DNA from: Deferribacterales bacterium UBA4806
Lineage (GTDB): Bacteria > Chrysiogenota > Deferribacteres > Deferribacterales > UBA228
DNA length: 58,777 bases
Assembly: GCA_002402635.1 (NCBI GenBank)
Contig: DHGE01000167.1
Span: forward strand, 9,241 to 68,017
Direction: 5' to 3'
A program made the position numbers and the translations under genes. Shown here one piece after another: positions 39,990 to 49,893 of the stretch; the first letter of the stretch is position 1, and the number at the start of each line of letters is the position of its first letter. The notes beneath the pieces are model-generated. The model was not told where the DNA came from, ran no database searches, and saw nothing but the letters and a program-made list of their open reading frames with translations.

Positions 39990-42278
39990 ATGAATGAAGT
40001 TATTAATTCTATAAAATATGTAGATATAGAACCTGAAATTGCGGCAAATGCTAATATTGTCTTAAAGAAAAGATATCTTAAAAAAGACGAAAAGGGCAAC
40101 ATTATAGAAACACCTAAAGAAATGTTTCAAAGGGTGGCTTCAAATATTGCTCAAGCTGAACTAATCTATAATAAAAATACAAATATAGAAGTAATTGCAA
40201 ATAGCTTTTTTGAAATTATGGCTACATTCAAATTTCTCCCAAATTCACCAACGCTAATGAATGCTGGTAAAGAACTACAACAACTATCTGCTTGTTTTGT
40301 TTTACCTATTGAAGATTCATTAGATAAGATATTTGAAGCCGTTAAATATACGGCCTTAATACATAAATCTGGAGGAGGAACTGGATTTTCATTTTCAAGA
40401 CTTAGACCAAAAGAAGACGTAGTTAAAAGTACCAAAGGAGTTTCATCAGGCCCAGTTTCTTTTATGACTGTTTTTGATTCAGCAACAGAAACAATCAAGC
40501 AAGGTGGTACACGTAGAGGTGCTAATATGGGAATCTTGCGTGTAGATCACCCTGATATAATGGAGTTTGTTCATGCTAAAAAAGACCATAATAAATTAAA
40601 TAACTTTAATTTATCTGTTGCAATAACAGATAAATTTATGGAAGCATATTTTAATAATAAAACATATGAGTTAATTAATCCAAGAACTAAACAAATTACA
40701 GGAACATTAAACGCGAAAGATGTATTTAATGAAATGGTAAAACTTGCATGGGAAGGTGGAGATCCTGGAGTTATCTTTATTGATAAAATAAATCAAAAAA
40801 ATCCAACTCCAGAATTTGAAATTGAAAGTACAAACCCCTGCGGTGAACAGCCATTGCTGCCATATGAATCATGTAATTTAGGATCATTAAATCTGAAAAA
40901 GTTTATAAAAGATAAAAAAATCCTCTGGGATGACTTAAAAAATACTATAAACATAGCTGTCAGATTTTTAGATAATGTTATAGATATGAACAGGTATCCA
41001 ATTGATATTATCGATAAGGTAACAAAAGAAAACAGAAAAATAGGTTTAGGGGTCATGGGTTGGGCGGATATGTTAGCACTCCTTGAAATTCCTTATAATT
41101 CCGAAGAAGCAATATCTTTAGCCGAGAAAATCATGAGTTTTATACAAAATGAATCAAAGGTAGCCTCGTCAAAATTAGCTGAAGAAAGGGGAAATTTCCC
41201 AAATTTTGACAAAAGCATTTATAAACTTCAAGGCTACAAAAACATGCGAAATGCAACTACAACTACAATTGCACCAACTGGGACTATATCTATTATTGCC
41301 AATTGTTCAAGTGGAATTGAGCCTTACTTTGCCCTTGCCTTTTACAGAAATGTTCTGGACAATGATAAACTTGTTGAGATCAACGAAATATTTAAAGGCG
41401 TAGCAGAAAAAGAAGGTTTTTATGACAACAACTTTTTAGAAGAAGTAGCAACAAAAGGAAGTATTGCACACATAAAAAATATACCAGATAAGTGGAAAAG
41501 GATATTTATAGTTTCCCATGAAATAAAGCCAGATTGGCATGTAAAGATGCAAGCAACTTTTCAAAAATATACAGACAATGCTGTAAGTAAAACTGTAAAC
41601 TTTCCGAATTCAGCCACTATAGAGGATATAAGAAAAGTTTATTTGCTTTCATATAAACTTGAATGTAAAGGAATTACAATATATAGAGATGGTAGCCGCT
41701 CCGAACAGGTTATCAATATTGGTACAGATATTAAAACGAGAGAAACAGTGGAGATACCTACTTTCAAACCAAAACCTCGTCCCAAAGTACTTGTTGGAAG
41801 AACTATTGAAATGGTCACAGGTTGTGGAAAACTTTATGTGACTATCAATTTAGACGAGACAGGAAAACCATTTGAAGTTTTTACCAGTATTGGTAAGGCT
41901 GGTGGATGCGCTCAAAGTCAATGTGAAGCTATAGGGCGCTTAATATCAATTATATTAAGAAGTGGTGGACAGCCGGAAACAGTTATAAAGCAATTAAAGG
42001 GAATCTCCTGTCATATGAAATATGGTTTTGGACCACATCAAGTATTAAGTTGTGCCGATGCTGTTGCTAAAGCTATAGAAATAACAATATCAGAACCTGT
42101 TGATATAAAAACACCGGTAAAAAGCACAGTAACAATTGATAAATTAATCGATGAAATTGAAGAAAAAAAAGAAGATAAAAAAGTGCATAATGGTGCATGC
42201 CCTGAGTGTGGTGCCCCAATAACTTATATAGAAGGCTGCGATGTGTGTTTTTCCTGTGGGTATTCTCATTGCAACTAA
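39990..42278 (+). CDS. nrdJ: Adenosylcobalamin-dependent (class II) ribonucleotide reductase with C-terminal TSCPD and Zn-ribbon domains
   Basis: PNSPTLMN, SACFV, QGGTRRGANM, TNPCGEQPL..CNLGS, TIAPTGTIS, TGCGKLYV, CPEC..CFSCGYSHC. GGAGG SD supports ATG 39990 (ORF track starts at 39963). Confidence 0.95.
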   Translation: MNEVINSIKYVDIEPEIAANANIVLKKRYLKKDEKGNIIETPKEMFQRVASNIAQAELIYNKNTNIEVIANSFFEIMATFKFLPNSPTLMNAGKELQQLSACFVLPIEDSLDKIFEAVKYTALIHKSGGGTGFSFSRLRPKEDVVKSTKGVSSGPVSFMTVFDSATETIKQGGTRRGANMGILRVDHPDIMEFVHAKKDHNKLNNFNLSVAITDKFMEAYFNNKTYELINPRTKQITGTLNAKDVFNEMVKLAWEGGDPGVIFIDKINQKNPTPEFEIESTNPCGEQPLLPYESCNLGSLNLKKFIKDKKILWDDLKNTINIAVRFLDNVIDMNRYPIDIIDKVTKENRKIGLGVMGWADMLALLEIPYNSEEAISLAEKIMSFIQNESKVASSKLAEERGNFPNFDKSIYKLQGYKNMRNATTTTIAPTGTISIIANCSSGIEPYFALAFYRNVLDNDKLVEINEIFKGVAEKEGFYDNNFLEEVATKGSIAHIKNIPDKWKRIFIVSHEIKPDWHVKMQATFQKYTDNAVSKTVNFPNSATIEDIRKVYLLSYKLECKGITIYRDGSRSEQVINIGTDIKTRETVEIPTFKPKPRPKVLVGRTIEMVTGCGKLYVTINLDETGKPFEVFTSIGKAGGCAQSQCEAIGRLISIILRSGGQPETVIKQLKGISCHMKYGFGPHQVLSCADAVAKAIEITISEPVDIKTPVKSTVTIDKLIDEIEEKKEDKKVHNGACPECGAPITYIEGCDVCFSCGYSHCN

Positions 42279-42321
42279 TTATTCGTGAATATACAGAAAA
42301 TTCTATATATTTTTTATGATT

Positions 42322-43977
42322 TTATTCACCTTTTCCGTTTTTAACGTCTTCTAAAGCTGTTTTTCTTAGTTTATAATGTTGCTTTTTACCAGTAGCCGTT
42401 CTGGGTAATTCATCAACAAAAATATAATAACGTGGTCTTTCCTGTGGAGAAATCATCGGATTGCTATTAACATATTTACGTAGCTCATCTATAGTTAAAG
42501 AATTGTCTTTTTTTACAATATATGCAACAAGTATCTTACCGCGCTTTGTGTCATTAGCCCCAACTATTGCTGAATCAAGAATTTTTGGATGTCTATTGAT
42601 TATCTCTTCAATTTGAGCAGGATAAATATTATTGCCACCAACGATAATCATATCGTCTTTTCTTGCTCTTATTGTTATATACTGATCCTGATCCCATGTA
42701 GCTAAATCTCCAGGATAAAACCAATCTCCCTTTATTCTAGTTTTCATTTCCTCTTCATTATTAAAGTAAAATAAGGTTCCCTTTATTGTTTTAACAGCTA
42801 TTTCACCAACTTCTTTATCGTCCATTGCAACTAATTCATCTGGATCTGCCAGTCTGTCCTGATATACCTTTACAATTCTAACGTCGTCATCTATCGCAGC
42901 TCTACCCGTTTGTCCTGCTCTTTCCGGTAAATCATAGGGTGTTAGAATTTCATTGAGTAAAGTTTCACTTGTTCCACAGGCATTATATATTTTATTGGTA
43001 AATACCTTTATAAGTTCCGTACAGAGGTCTCTCTCAAGAGGAGCTCCCATACTTAAAATAATTTCCAGTGAATCAACATTCTTATGTAACTTTTTCTGCT
43101 CCTCTAAAAGAGCATAAAACATTGTGGGAACTCCCACAACAACAGATACTTTATATTTCTCTATATACTCTAATGCACTGCGTGGATGAAAATATTTTAT
43201 AGATACGCAACATCCCCCTAAATAAAATGTGGGATTTGGCCCACCAACATACAACCCTCCTCTATGAAACCAAGGTGATATATTCATTAATACATCATGA
43301 ATATCATACTTCAGGTGCATTATTAAATCATGGGAAGCCAATACTTCATTAATATTATTTATTGGAAAACCTTTGGGTATTCCAGTAGTGCCTGAAGTAT
43401 AAAGTCTCGTAACTTCATCATAAGCATTAAATTCGATATCCACTTCTGGTTCACTCTCTGATGCATTACTTACAAATTCTTCATATCTGATAAAAGGATA
43501 CTTCAATTGTTGAGTATCATCGGCATCAACTATAATTACTTTTTTTGGTTTAAAGGTTGATAGATTAATTGCTTCAACTACAACATTAATAAGGGAAATA
43601 TCTACAAATAAGATAACAGGTTTGCTTTCATCTATAATATAGCTGACTTCGCCTGGTGCCATTTTAAAGTTTATAGGGCAATTTATGCATCCTATTTTTT
43701 GTGTTGCAAGATAAATAAATGCGAATTCAGGGCAGTTCATAAGCATATATAAAACCAGATCGTTACCTTTCAAATCTTCTTTTAACATAGCATTTGAAAG
43801 TTTATTAACTTCATAATTAAGATCTCTATAAGTATAAAAGGTATTTTTATTAGCATTAATCAAAGCTTTCCTGTTGGGGAAACGAAATACATTCCTTTTA
43901 AACCCTTCAATATAAATACAATTTCTTTCAAATAAACTTCTATATTTCTCAACGTCATAAGTAAAGGGTCTTCTCAT
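42322..43977 (-). CDS. AMP-dependent acyl-CoA synthetase (class I adenylate-forming enzyme)
   Basis: YTSGTTGIPKG, GTSE, GDL, RKDDMIIVGG, LPRTATGK. Confidence 0.92.
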   Translation of the reverse strand: MRRPFTYDVEKYRSLFERNCIYIEGFKRNVFRFPNRKALINANKNTFYTYRDLNYEVNKLSNAMLKEDLKGNDLVLYMLMNCPEFAFIYLATQKIGCINCPINFKMAPGEVSYIIDESKPVILFVDISLINVVVEAINLSTFKPKKVIIVDADDTQQLKYPFIRYEEFVSNASESEPEVDIEFNAYDEVTRLYTSGTTGIPKGFPINNINEVLASHDLIMHLKYDIHDVLMNISPWFHRGGLYVGGPNPTFYLGGCCVSIKYFHPRSALEYIEKYKVSVVVGVPTMFYALLEEQKKLHKNVDSLEIILSMGAPLERDLCTELIKVFTNKIYNACGTSETLLNEILTPYDLPERAGQTGRAAIDDDVRIVKVYQDRLADPDELVAMDDKEVGEIAVKTIKGTLFYFNNEEEMKTRIKGDWFYPGDLATWDQDQYITIRARKDDMIIVGGNNIYPAQIEEIINRHPKILDSAIVGANDTKRGKILVAYIVKKDNSLTIDELRKYVNSNPMISPQERPRYYIFVDELPRTATGKKQHYKLRKTALEDVKNGKGE

Positions 43978-43979
43978 TT

Positions 43980-45242
43980 TTATTCTCTATACCTTTTTAA
44001 AATTATTGATGCATTAACGCCACCAAAACCAAAAGAATTTGACAATACGACATTTACTTCCTTCTTTCTAGCTTTATGTGGAACATAATCGAGATCACAT
44101 TCAGGATCTGGATTATCTAAATTAATTGTTGGTGGTATAATACCATCAATTATAGTCATAGCTGAAAATATGGCTTCAACCAATCCCGATGCTGCTAATA
44201 AATGACCCGTCATAGACTTATTTGAGGATATTGGTATTTTATATGAATAATCACCAAATAATTTTTTTATAGCCTGTGTTTCTATAAGATCATTTATTTG
44301 TGTTGATGTGCCATGAGCATTTATATAATCAACCTCTTTTAATTTAACTTTGCTATCAATTATTGCATTTTCCATACATTTAACAATTGCAATTCCATCA
44401 GGATTTGGTGCAATTGAATGTGATGAATCAGTTGTTGCTCCAAAACCGCAAACTTCTGCATATATTTTTGCATTTCTTTTTTTTGCATAATCCAAGGTCT
44501 CAAGCAACACGGCACCAGAACCTTCAGAAATGACAAACCCAGACCTATCTCTATCAAAAGGCCTACTAGCTTTTTCAGGGCAATCGTTCCATTTTACATC
44601 AGCAATTGCCGTTAAATTTCCTAACCCTGCTATAACAGTTGGAATAATTCCTGATTCCGATGCTACCACAAGAGCTGCATCTATTTCACCATTTTGTATC
44701 ATCCGTAACCCCAGTCCAATGGCTTTTGTCCCTGAGGCACATGCTTCCTGCAAGAAATGTTGAGGGCCTTTAAATTCATACTTAACTGCAGTATCGCCGG
44801 CAATAACATTAGATGCTAAATTTAAAATTAAAAAAGGTGTGATTTTATTTACCTTATCTTCAAAATAAAGTTTACAGTTTTCTTCAAATAAACGATAAGC
44901 GCCAATACAACTTGAACCAATTACGGATAATTTATAAATATCTCTATCCATTTTTTCAAAAAAACTATCCTTCATACATGTATCTGCAGCTGCCATAAAA
45001 AGGTGCTGCATTCTATCTGTTCGTCTTATAAATTTTTTAGTAAAATACTGTTCAGGATTAAAGTTTTTTACAAGCCCAGCAATTTTATGCTTAATCTTAG
45101 ATGTATCACAACAATCGATTACACTTATTCCAGAGAGTCCTCTGCATAAGTTATTCCAGCTTTCCTCCAAATTCAAACCTAAGGGAGTAATTGCTGACAT
45201 ACCGGTTATAACTACTCTTCTATTTTTCATCATATCTCCCAT
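43980..45242 (-). CDS. fabF: Beta-ketoacyl-ACP synthase II (FabF-like paralog)
   Basis: RRVVITG, EACASG (Cys), AHGTST and GHLL (His/His), SRPFDRDRSGFV, NSFGFGG. Confidence 0.9.
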   Translation of the reverse strand: MGDMMKNRRVVITGMSAITPLGLNLEESWNNLCRGLSGISVIDCCDTSKIKHKIAGLVKNFNPEQYFTKKFIRRTDRMQHLFMAAADTCMKDSFFEKMDRDIYKLSVIGSSCIGAYRLFEENCKLYFEDKVNKITPFLILNLASNVIAGDTAVKYEFKGPQHFLQEACASGTKAIGLGLRMIQNGEIDAALVVASESGIIPTVIAGLGNLTAIADVKWNDCPEKASRPFDRDRSGFVISEGSGAVLLETLDYAKKRNAKIYAEVCGFGATTDSSHSIAPNPDGIAIVKCMENAIIDSKVKLKEVDYINAHGTSTQINDLIETQAIKKLFGDYSYKIPISSNKSMTGHLLAASGLVEAIFSAMTIIDGIIPPTINLDNPDPECDLDYVPHKARKKEVNVVLSNSFGFGGVNASIILKRYRE

Positions 45243-45296
45243 TTATCTCAAATGAGGATTTTATAAAAAATTAATTTTTTATCAACTGAAAATATT

Positions 45297-45965
45297 CTAT
45301 CTGCTCTCTTTTGTTTGATTTATCAACAATGATTTATTATCCTTTAATATATTTGCATTTATATCTATAGGCTCTCCTATAAAATATTCAATATGATTAA
45401 AAGGTAAAAGAAATTTATACTTATCCCATCTTTTTTTTATTATATATTTATGAAGAACTTTAACATTTATTGGCACTATTTTTCTATTTAAGAATTGAGC
45501 TAATTTAAAAACCAACAACTTAGGTTGATAAATTGGTCCCATCGGACCATCCAAAGCTAAAGCTAGATCATATTCATTTTTTAGAAATTTTCTCATTTTA
45601 AAAATCAAATTCCCTTGAACAGGAACATCTGGTAGCCGAAAGGTTAAATAATTATAATGCTTGCAAGTAAAATCAATATAGTTGCCTCTAATATTTTCTG
45701 TTGTTATAATGACAAATTTTACATCATCTTTTATCTTTTTCATTAATGGATATAAAGCAAATGTGTCTCCATGCCAGTACCCGAATATATATTTTTCTTT
45801 ATTAATAGATAATAAATCCGCTCTACCCTTTATTGTTATTTTACTTGTATAGTATACCAACTCTACATAAGTTATGAGCATTCTAGATAGTATATAATTA
45901 AAAAACCTTCTAAACTTATATATTCTTTTCCTTATCATATATGAGCTTAGCATAAAGTTTAGCAA
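45297..45965 (-). CDS. DUF374 / lysophospholipid acyltransferase-family protein
   Basis: YWHG, LALDGPMGP, RWDKYKFLLPF, GEPI motifs. Confidence 0.8.
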   Translation of the reverse strand: MLNFMLSSYMIRKRIYKFRRFFNYILSRMLITYVELVYYTSKITIKGRADLLSINKEKYIFGYWHGDTFALYPLMKKIKDDVKFVIITTENIRGNYIDFTCKHYNYLTFRLPDVPVQGNLIFKMRKFLKNEYDLALALDGPMGPIYQPKLLVFKLAQFLNRKIVPINVKVLHKYIIKKRWDKYKFLLPFNHIEYFIGEPIDINANILKDNKSLLINQTKESR

Positions 45966-48150
45966 CTTTTTCCGCTATACTTTCAAGAGTGTATTTTTTT
46001 GAATATTTGTATGCATTCTTAGATAACTCATTATGCAACGAACTATTCTCCAAAATAAATTTAATTTTCAATGCCCAATCATTAATATTTTCACTAGTCT
46101 TATAGCCATTATATTCATTAATTATAATATCATCAATTCCACTAGATCTAACAGCAACTACAGGGTTTTCTCCAGCCATTGCTTCTAATAATACTAATCC
46201 CTGTGTTTCTGTTGTTGAAGCAAAAACAAATATATCAGAAAACTTATAATATTTACATAGTTCAGAAGGATCAACTGCTCCTAAGAAAACAACATCTCCT
46301 TTAAGATCTTTTAAATTTACATAATTTTCAATAGATTTCCTCTCCTCTCCATCGCCAATTATTAACAAGGTAAATGGAGTTTTCATAATTTTCTTTAAAT
46401 AGGCTATTCCATCAATTAGGAAATATAAATTTTTTTCTTTAGATAATCTTGACACTGTTATTAGAATAAATTTTCTTTCATTAGATCTATACTTATTGTT
46501 TAAATGTAAGATATCGGATTCATTAATATTTCTATATAAATCAAAATCAATGCCAGTCGGAATTACTTCTATTTGTGTTCTAATTCCAATATTCCTTAAA
46601 TAATCTTTTGCAGCAAGAGTGGGAGCAATTATTAGATCGCATTGTTCCCCAAATTTTTTTATTATAAAATGAGACAATATATTTTTAAATATCCTGCTAT
46701 TTATTGGAACATAATGAGCATATTTTTCTAATCTTGTGTGATAAGTCAAAACTAAAGGACAGTTATAAATTTTTGCTAGTCTCAAGCCTTTTTTTCCCAT
46801 CCAAAAAGGATGATGTACGTGAACAATTTGAATATTTTTATTTTCAAATATCTTTCTTATGCGTGGAGCAAAAATATTTACAATTGGTATATTATGAAAT
46901 TTTTTATAATAACCAATGCTATTTAATCTTATGACTTCTATATCCTTTTCATCAGTATATTTGCCTTTAAATAAAGGAGCAAAAATAATTGGGTTTTCTC
47001 CTAGTTTTTTCAAACCCTTAGCCAACCTATAAATAGCAACAGGGACACCACCAATAAATGGAAAATAATTATTTGTGAACATTGCTATATTTAGAGGTCT
47101 ATAAATATCTAATTGGTCATAGTTAAAAGAGTAATCTTGATAATATTCAACATCATCATTTATTTTATAATAAAAATAGATACCTATAATAAACAAAATT
47201 GAAATAATAATAAAAAAATTAATAAAACCAACATAAAATAAAGAGTGGATTTGAAACCATAAATTTTCAATTTGTCTTATAAAGTAACTAGTATATTTAT
47301 ATGCTATATTTATTTTATTTATATTAAATTGACCATCTTCATTTATAGAGACTTTAATATAATGGTAATAGTTATCATCTTCATCTAATATAAATCCTCC
47401 TGCTCCTCCAGATATGTAATATTTCACTCCTTTGATAGTTCTTTCATCATATAAGCCAAGATTTGATGCAAAGACAGCGCTGACTTTAAATTGTGAGAAA
47501 AGGTCTATCAAATAACTTCTAAAATTTTCATCTTCAAGAATATAATCCTCTACATCTATAGGGAAACTAATGTTTTCTGGTTTATACAAGGGTTTATTCA
47601 TAAAGATAAATTTATTTTTTCTAAAATTATTATCTTTCAATTCATCATAAATCCACTTTTTGACATACAATGGAGTTGTTGTTCCAGTGGTATCTAGAAA
47701 TAAAAATAGATTATCATTTTTAACAAAGGAAAATAGCAACGGTCCAAAATGTCTATAATAATTTGAAATATTACCCATTGTGCACTCATTTACACCAATA
47801 ACATTAAGCAATGGTGGATTTAATAATTTTATACTTTTATAAAGCAACCTAAATTTATCTTCTCCACTGCTCACAACTGCATTGCCAAGGGAAACTATAA
47901 AATCTAGATTTTCTTTGTTTAACAATGGAATTATTTTTTTTTCAAAGATGCTTATAGAATTTTTAATGTTTCCAATTACTGCAAAATTAACATTATGTGC
48001 TTTAACTTTTTCTATTTTAGCAACATTTTTTATATTAATCGCAACATAAGTATCTTCCAAAAAATAAAGATAAAATTTATAAAATATAAAAATTGAAAGG
48101 AAAAAAATATCAATAAACAACAATACTTTAAATTTATAATTCTTCATCAA
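45916..48150 (-). CDS. Membrane protein: degenerate metallophosphoesterase domain between two TM helices, fused to a GT4 glycosyltransferase (diacylglycerol glucosyltransferase-like)
   Basis: TM1; MPE fold with GNIKN, LGNAV, GVNE, MNKP and ASNLG replacing the canonical motifs, SGGAGG retained; TM2; then IAMFTNNYFPFIGGV, HVHHPF, TYHT, IPTGID, SRLSKEKN, ETQGLVLLE. Confidence 0.88.
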   Translation of the reverse strand: MMKNYKFKVLLFIDIFFLSIFIFYKFYLYFLEDTYVAINIKNVAKIEKVKAHNVNFAVIGNIKNSISIFEKKIIPLLNKENLDFIVSLGNAVVSSGEDKFRLLYKSIKLLNPPLLNVIGVNECTMGNISNYYRHFGPLLFSFVKNDNLFLFLDTTGTTTPLYVKKWIYDELKDNNFRKNKFIFMNKPLYKPENISFPIDVEDYILEDENFRSYLIDLFSQFKVSAVFASNLGLYDERTIKGVKYYISGGAGGFILDEDDNYYHYIKVSINEDGQFNINKINIAYKYTSYFIRQIENLWFQIHSLFYVGFINFFIIISILFIIGIYFYYKINDDVEYYQDYSFNYDQLDIYRPLNIAMFTNNYFPFIGGVPVAIYRLAKGLKKLGENPIIFAPLFKGKYTDEKDIEVIRLNSIGYYKKFHNIPIVNIFAPRIRKIFENKNIQIVHVHHPFWMGKKGLRLAKIYNCPLVLTYHTRLEKYAHYVPINSRIFKNILSHFIIKKFGEQCDLIIAPTLAAKDYLRNIGIRTQIEVIPTGIDFDLYRNINESDILHLNNKYRSNERKFILITVSRLSKEKNLYFLIDGIAYLKKIMKTPFTLLIIGDGEERKSIENYVNLKDLKGDVVFLGAVDPSELCKYYKFSDIFVFASTTETQGLVLLEAMAGENPVVAVRSSGIDDIIINEYNGYKTSENINDWALKIKFILENSSLHNELSKNAYKYSKKYTLESIAEKVAKLYAKLIYDKEKNI

Positions 48151-49235
48151 TTTTTTTTAATTACAAAATTTTTTATTATACCATAATAAAAAATAAACAT
48201 TCCTATTATCATTCCAATATATATTGTAAAAAACCTCCAGGCAGCTGTTAATATAACTATATCATTACGATTTATAAATGAAGAAAAGATGTAAGAATAG
48301 GCTCCTTCTGCTATACCAGTTGATCCTGGAGTCGGAGCAAAATACATAATGAAGGTTATTATTATTTGATAACTAATTATGGTGCTAACAGGTATACTAT
48401 ATCCTAGACTTTTAATTAAAATAATAGAGAAAGTAAAAGAAGAGAACAAGAAAAGTGCAGAAAATATTACCGAAAGAATAGTATAATGTGGAGTTGTTTT
48501 AATAAAATCAAGCATACTATAAGTATAGATTGAGACTTCTCTTAAAAAAAAAGTTGAAACTTTTTTAAAATGTTTTCTTGATATGAGTTTTTTCTTTCTT
48601 AATTTTCTTAAAATAAAATAAATTGACTTTTTGAATAAACGCGATTTATACACTGTAAAAATAATTATAATAATATAAATAAATGTAACAATTACAGTAT
48701 AAATAACAAAGCTAAGGTGATATGGAATGTACTTGAAATTTTTCTCCATTATTATTGTAATTGGTACAGCTATTATAAAGAAAACAATGGTTATAGCTGT
48801 TCTAATTGTTGTTGCTGCTGTTGCATCACCTATGTTTACACCATATTTATTTAAATAATATATTTGAATAAACCCTCCTCCTGCAGCAGAGGGAGTTATA
48901 TTTGAAACAAATACATTTAAAAAAGTAATCTTCATTACTAATTTTACTGGGATTGTTATGTTTAAGCTTTTAAGGATAAAATAAAATCGAAAACAATCAA
49001 AAGCAAAATACATGAACAAACATATAAAAAGCCATATTACAGTTTTACCTTCAAAAAAACGATAGAAATTTAGATCAGCTCCACCTACTATTTTATAAAT
49101 AGCTATGATTGATAAAAGTGAAAATATAAAGGTTATAATAGCTAATAAGGAATAGTATTTAAGCCTCTTATATGTAATCTTTTCCTTTATCTTCTCACTT
49201 TCAAGTTTTTCAATATTTCGTACATATTTAGCCAT
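48147..49235 (-). CDS. Lysylphosphatidylglycerol-synthase TM-like (UPF0104, flippase-like) membrane protein
   Basis: Multi-TM; NITPSAAGG, PTPGSTGIAE, WRFFTIY motifs. ATGA overlap with the GT4 gene. Confidence 0.88.
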   Translation of the reverse strand: MAKYVRNIEKLESEKIKEKITYKRLKYYSLLAIITFIFSLLSIIAIYKIVGGADLNFYRFFEGKTVIWLFICLFMYFAFDCFRFYFILKSLNITIPVKLVMKITFLNVFVSNITPSAAGGGFIQIYYLNKYGVNIGDATAATTIRTAITIVFFIIAVPITIIMEKNFKYIPYHLSFVIYTVIVTFIYIIIIIFTVYKSRLFKKSIYFILRKLRKKKLISRKHFKKVSTFFLREVSIYTYSMLDFIKTTPHYTILSVIFSALFLFSSFTFSIILIKSLGYSIPVSTIISYQIIITFIMYFAPTPGSTGIAEGAYSYIFSSFINRNDIVILTAAWRFFTIYIGMIIGMFIFYYGIIKNFVIKKN

Positions 49236-49265
49236 GACTATTTTTAATAAACGTTATTTAATAAA

Positions 49266-49293
49266 TTGACAACAATAAAATTAAATTTATAAT
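49266..49293 (+). promoter_or_regulatory. Consensus sigma70 promoter, leaderless geometry
   Basis: TTGACA-16 nt-TATAAT-6 nt-ATG (49300), no SD. Confidence 0.65.
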
Positions 49294-49299
49294 TTAACC

Positions 49300-49893
49300 A
49301 TGAAAATTAATATTTTTACTATATTAATCATATTATCTTTAATACTGACAAACTGCGCAGATTACAGGCAGAGAAATAGTGTTAGAAGATCATTTGATTC
49401 TGCTGAAAATATGGGCAGAAGAATAGAGAATATGAATAGATATAACTATGATACATATAGTAAAATTAATAACTTTTTTTATATTTTAGATGATTTTTAT
49501 AACACAACACACTATGCAAAGGAAAGTTTAAAATACTCCACAAACACCATTACCCAGAATAAAATAAAAGGGATCGCCGCATATTTTACACTAAATGATC
49601 CATACCCAAACGATAAAAAAGACATTAGCTATTGCGAAAGTGTAAGTAATTTTTTTACAAAAGTTATTGAACTAAAAAATCAGAACATACCAGAAAGCAG
49701 AATTAAAGTAATAATACAAAATGAATATAACAGTAAAACCACAAATGAAGATAGTGCATTTTATAAAAAAAGACAGGAAGTTGCCAATATAACAATTAAT
49801 AAAATATATAAAACAATAGGAAAAACTGATCCCTCAGCTGCAAAAGTTGCTTTTAAACAAGGTTGCCTTGAAGTAGAGCTCAAAGAATTATAA
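49300..49893 (+). CDS. Hypothetical lipoprotein
   Basis: Signal peptide ending in LTNC lipobox; two further Cys; no recognised family. Confidence 0.7.
   Translation: MKINIFTILIILSLILTNCADYRQRNSVRRSFDSAENMGRRIENMNRYNYDTYSKINNFFYILDDFYNTTHYAKESLKYSTNTITQNKIKGIAAYFTLNDPYPNDKKDISYCESVSNFFTKVIELKNQNIPESRIKVIIQNEYNSKTTNEDSAFYKKRQEVANITINKIYKTIGKTDPSAAKVAFKQGCLEVELKEL

Noticed and set aside
39990..42278. Intein or intron in nrdJ (also considered for rtcB)
   Set aside because: Catalytic motifs are contiguous, lengths are normal, and no splice-junction or homing-endonuclease motifs were seen.
42288..42311. Hairpin between convergent nrdJ and the acyl-CoA ligase
   Set aside because: The stem is almost all A-T with a mismatch or wobble, too weak to call a terminator.
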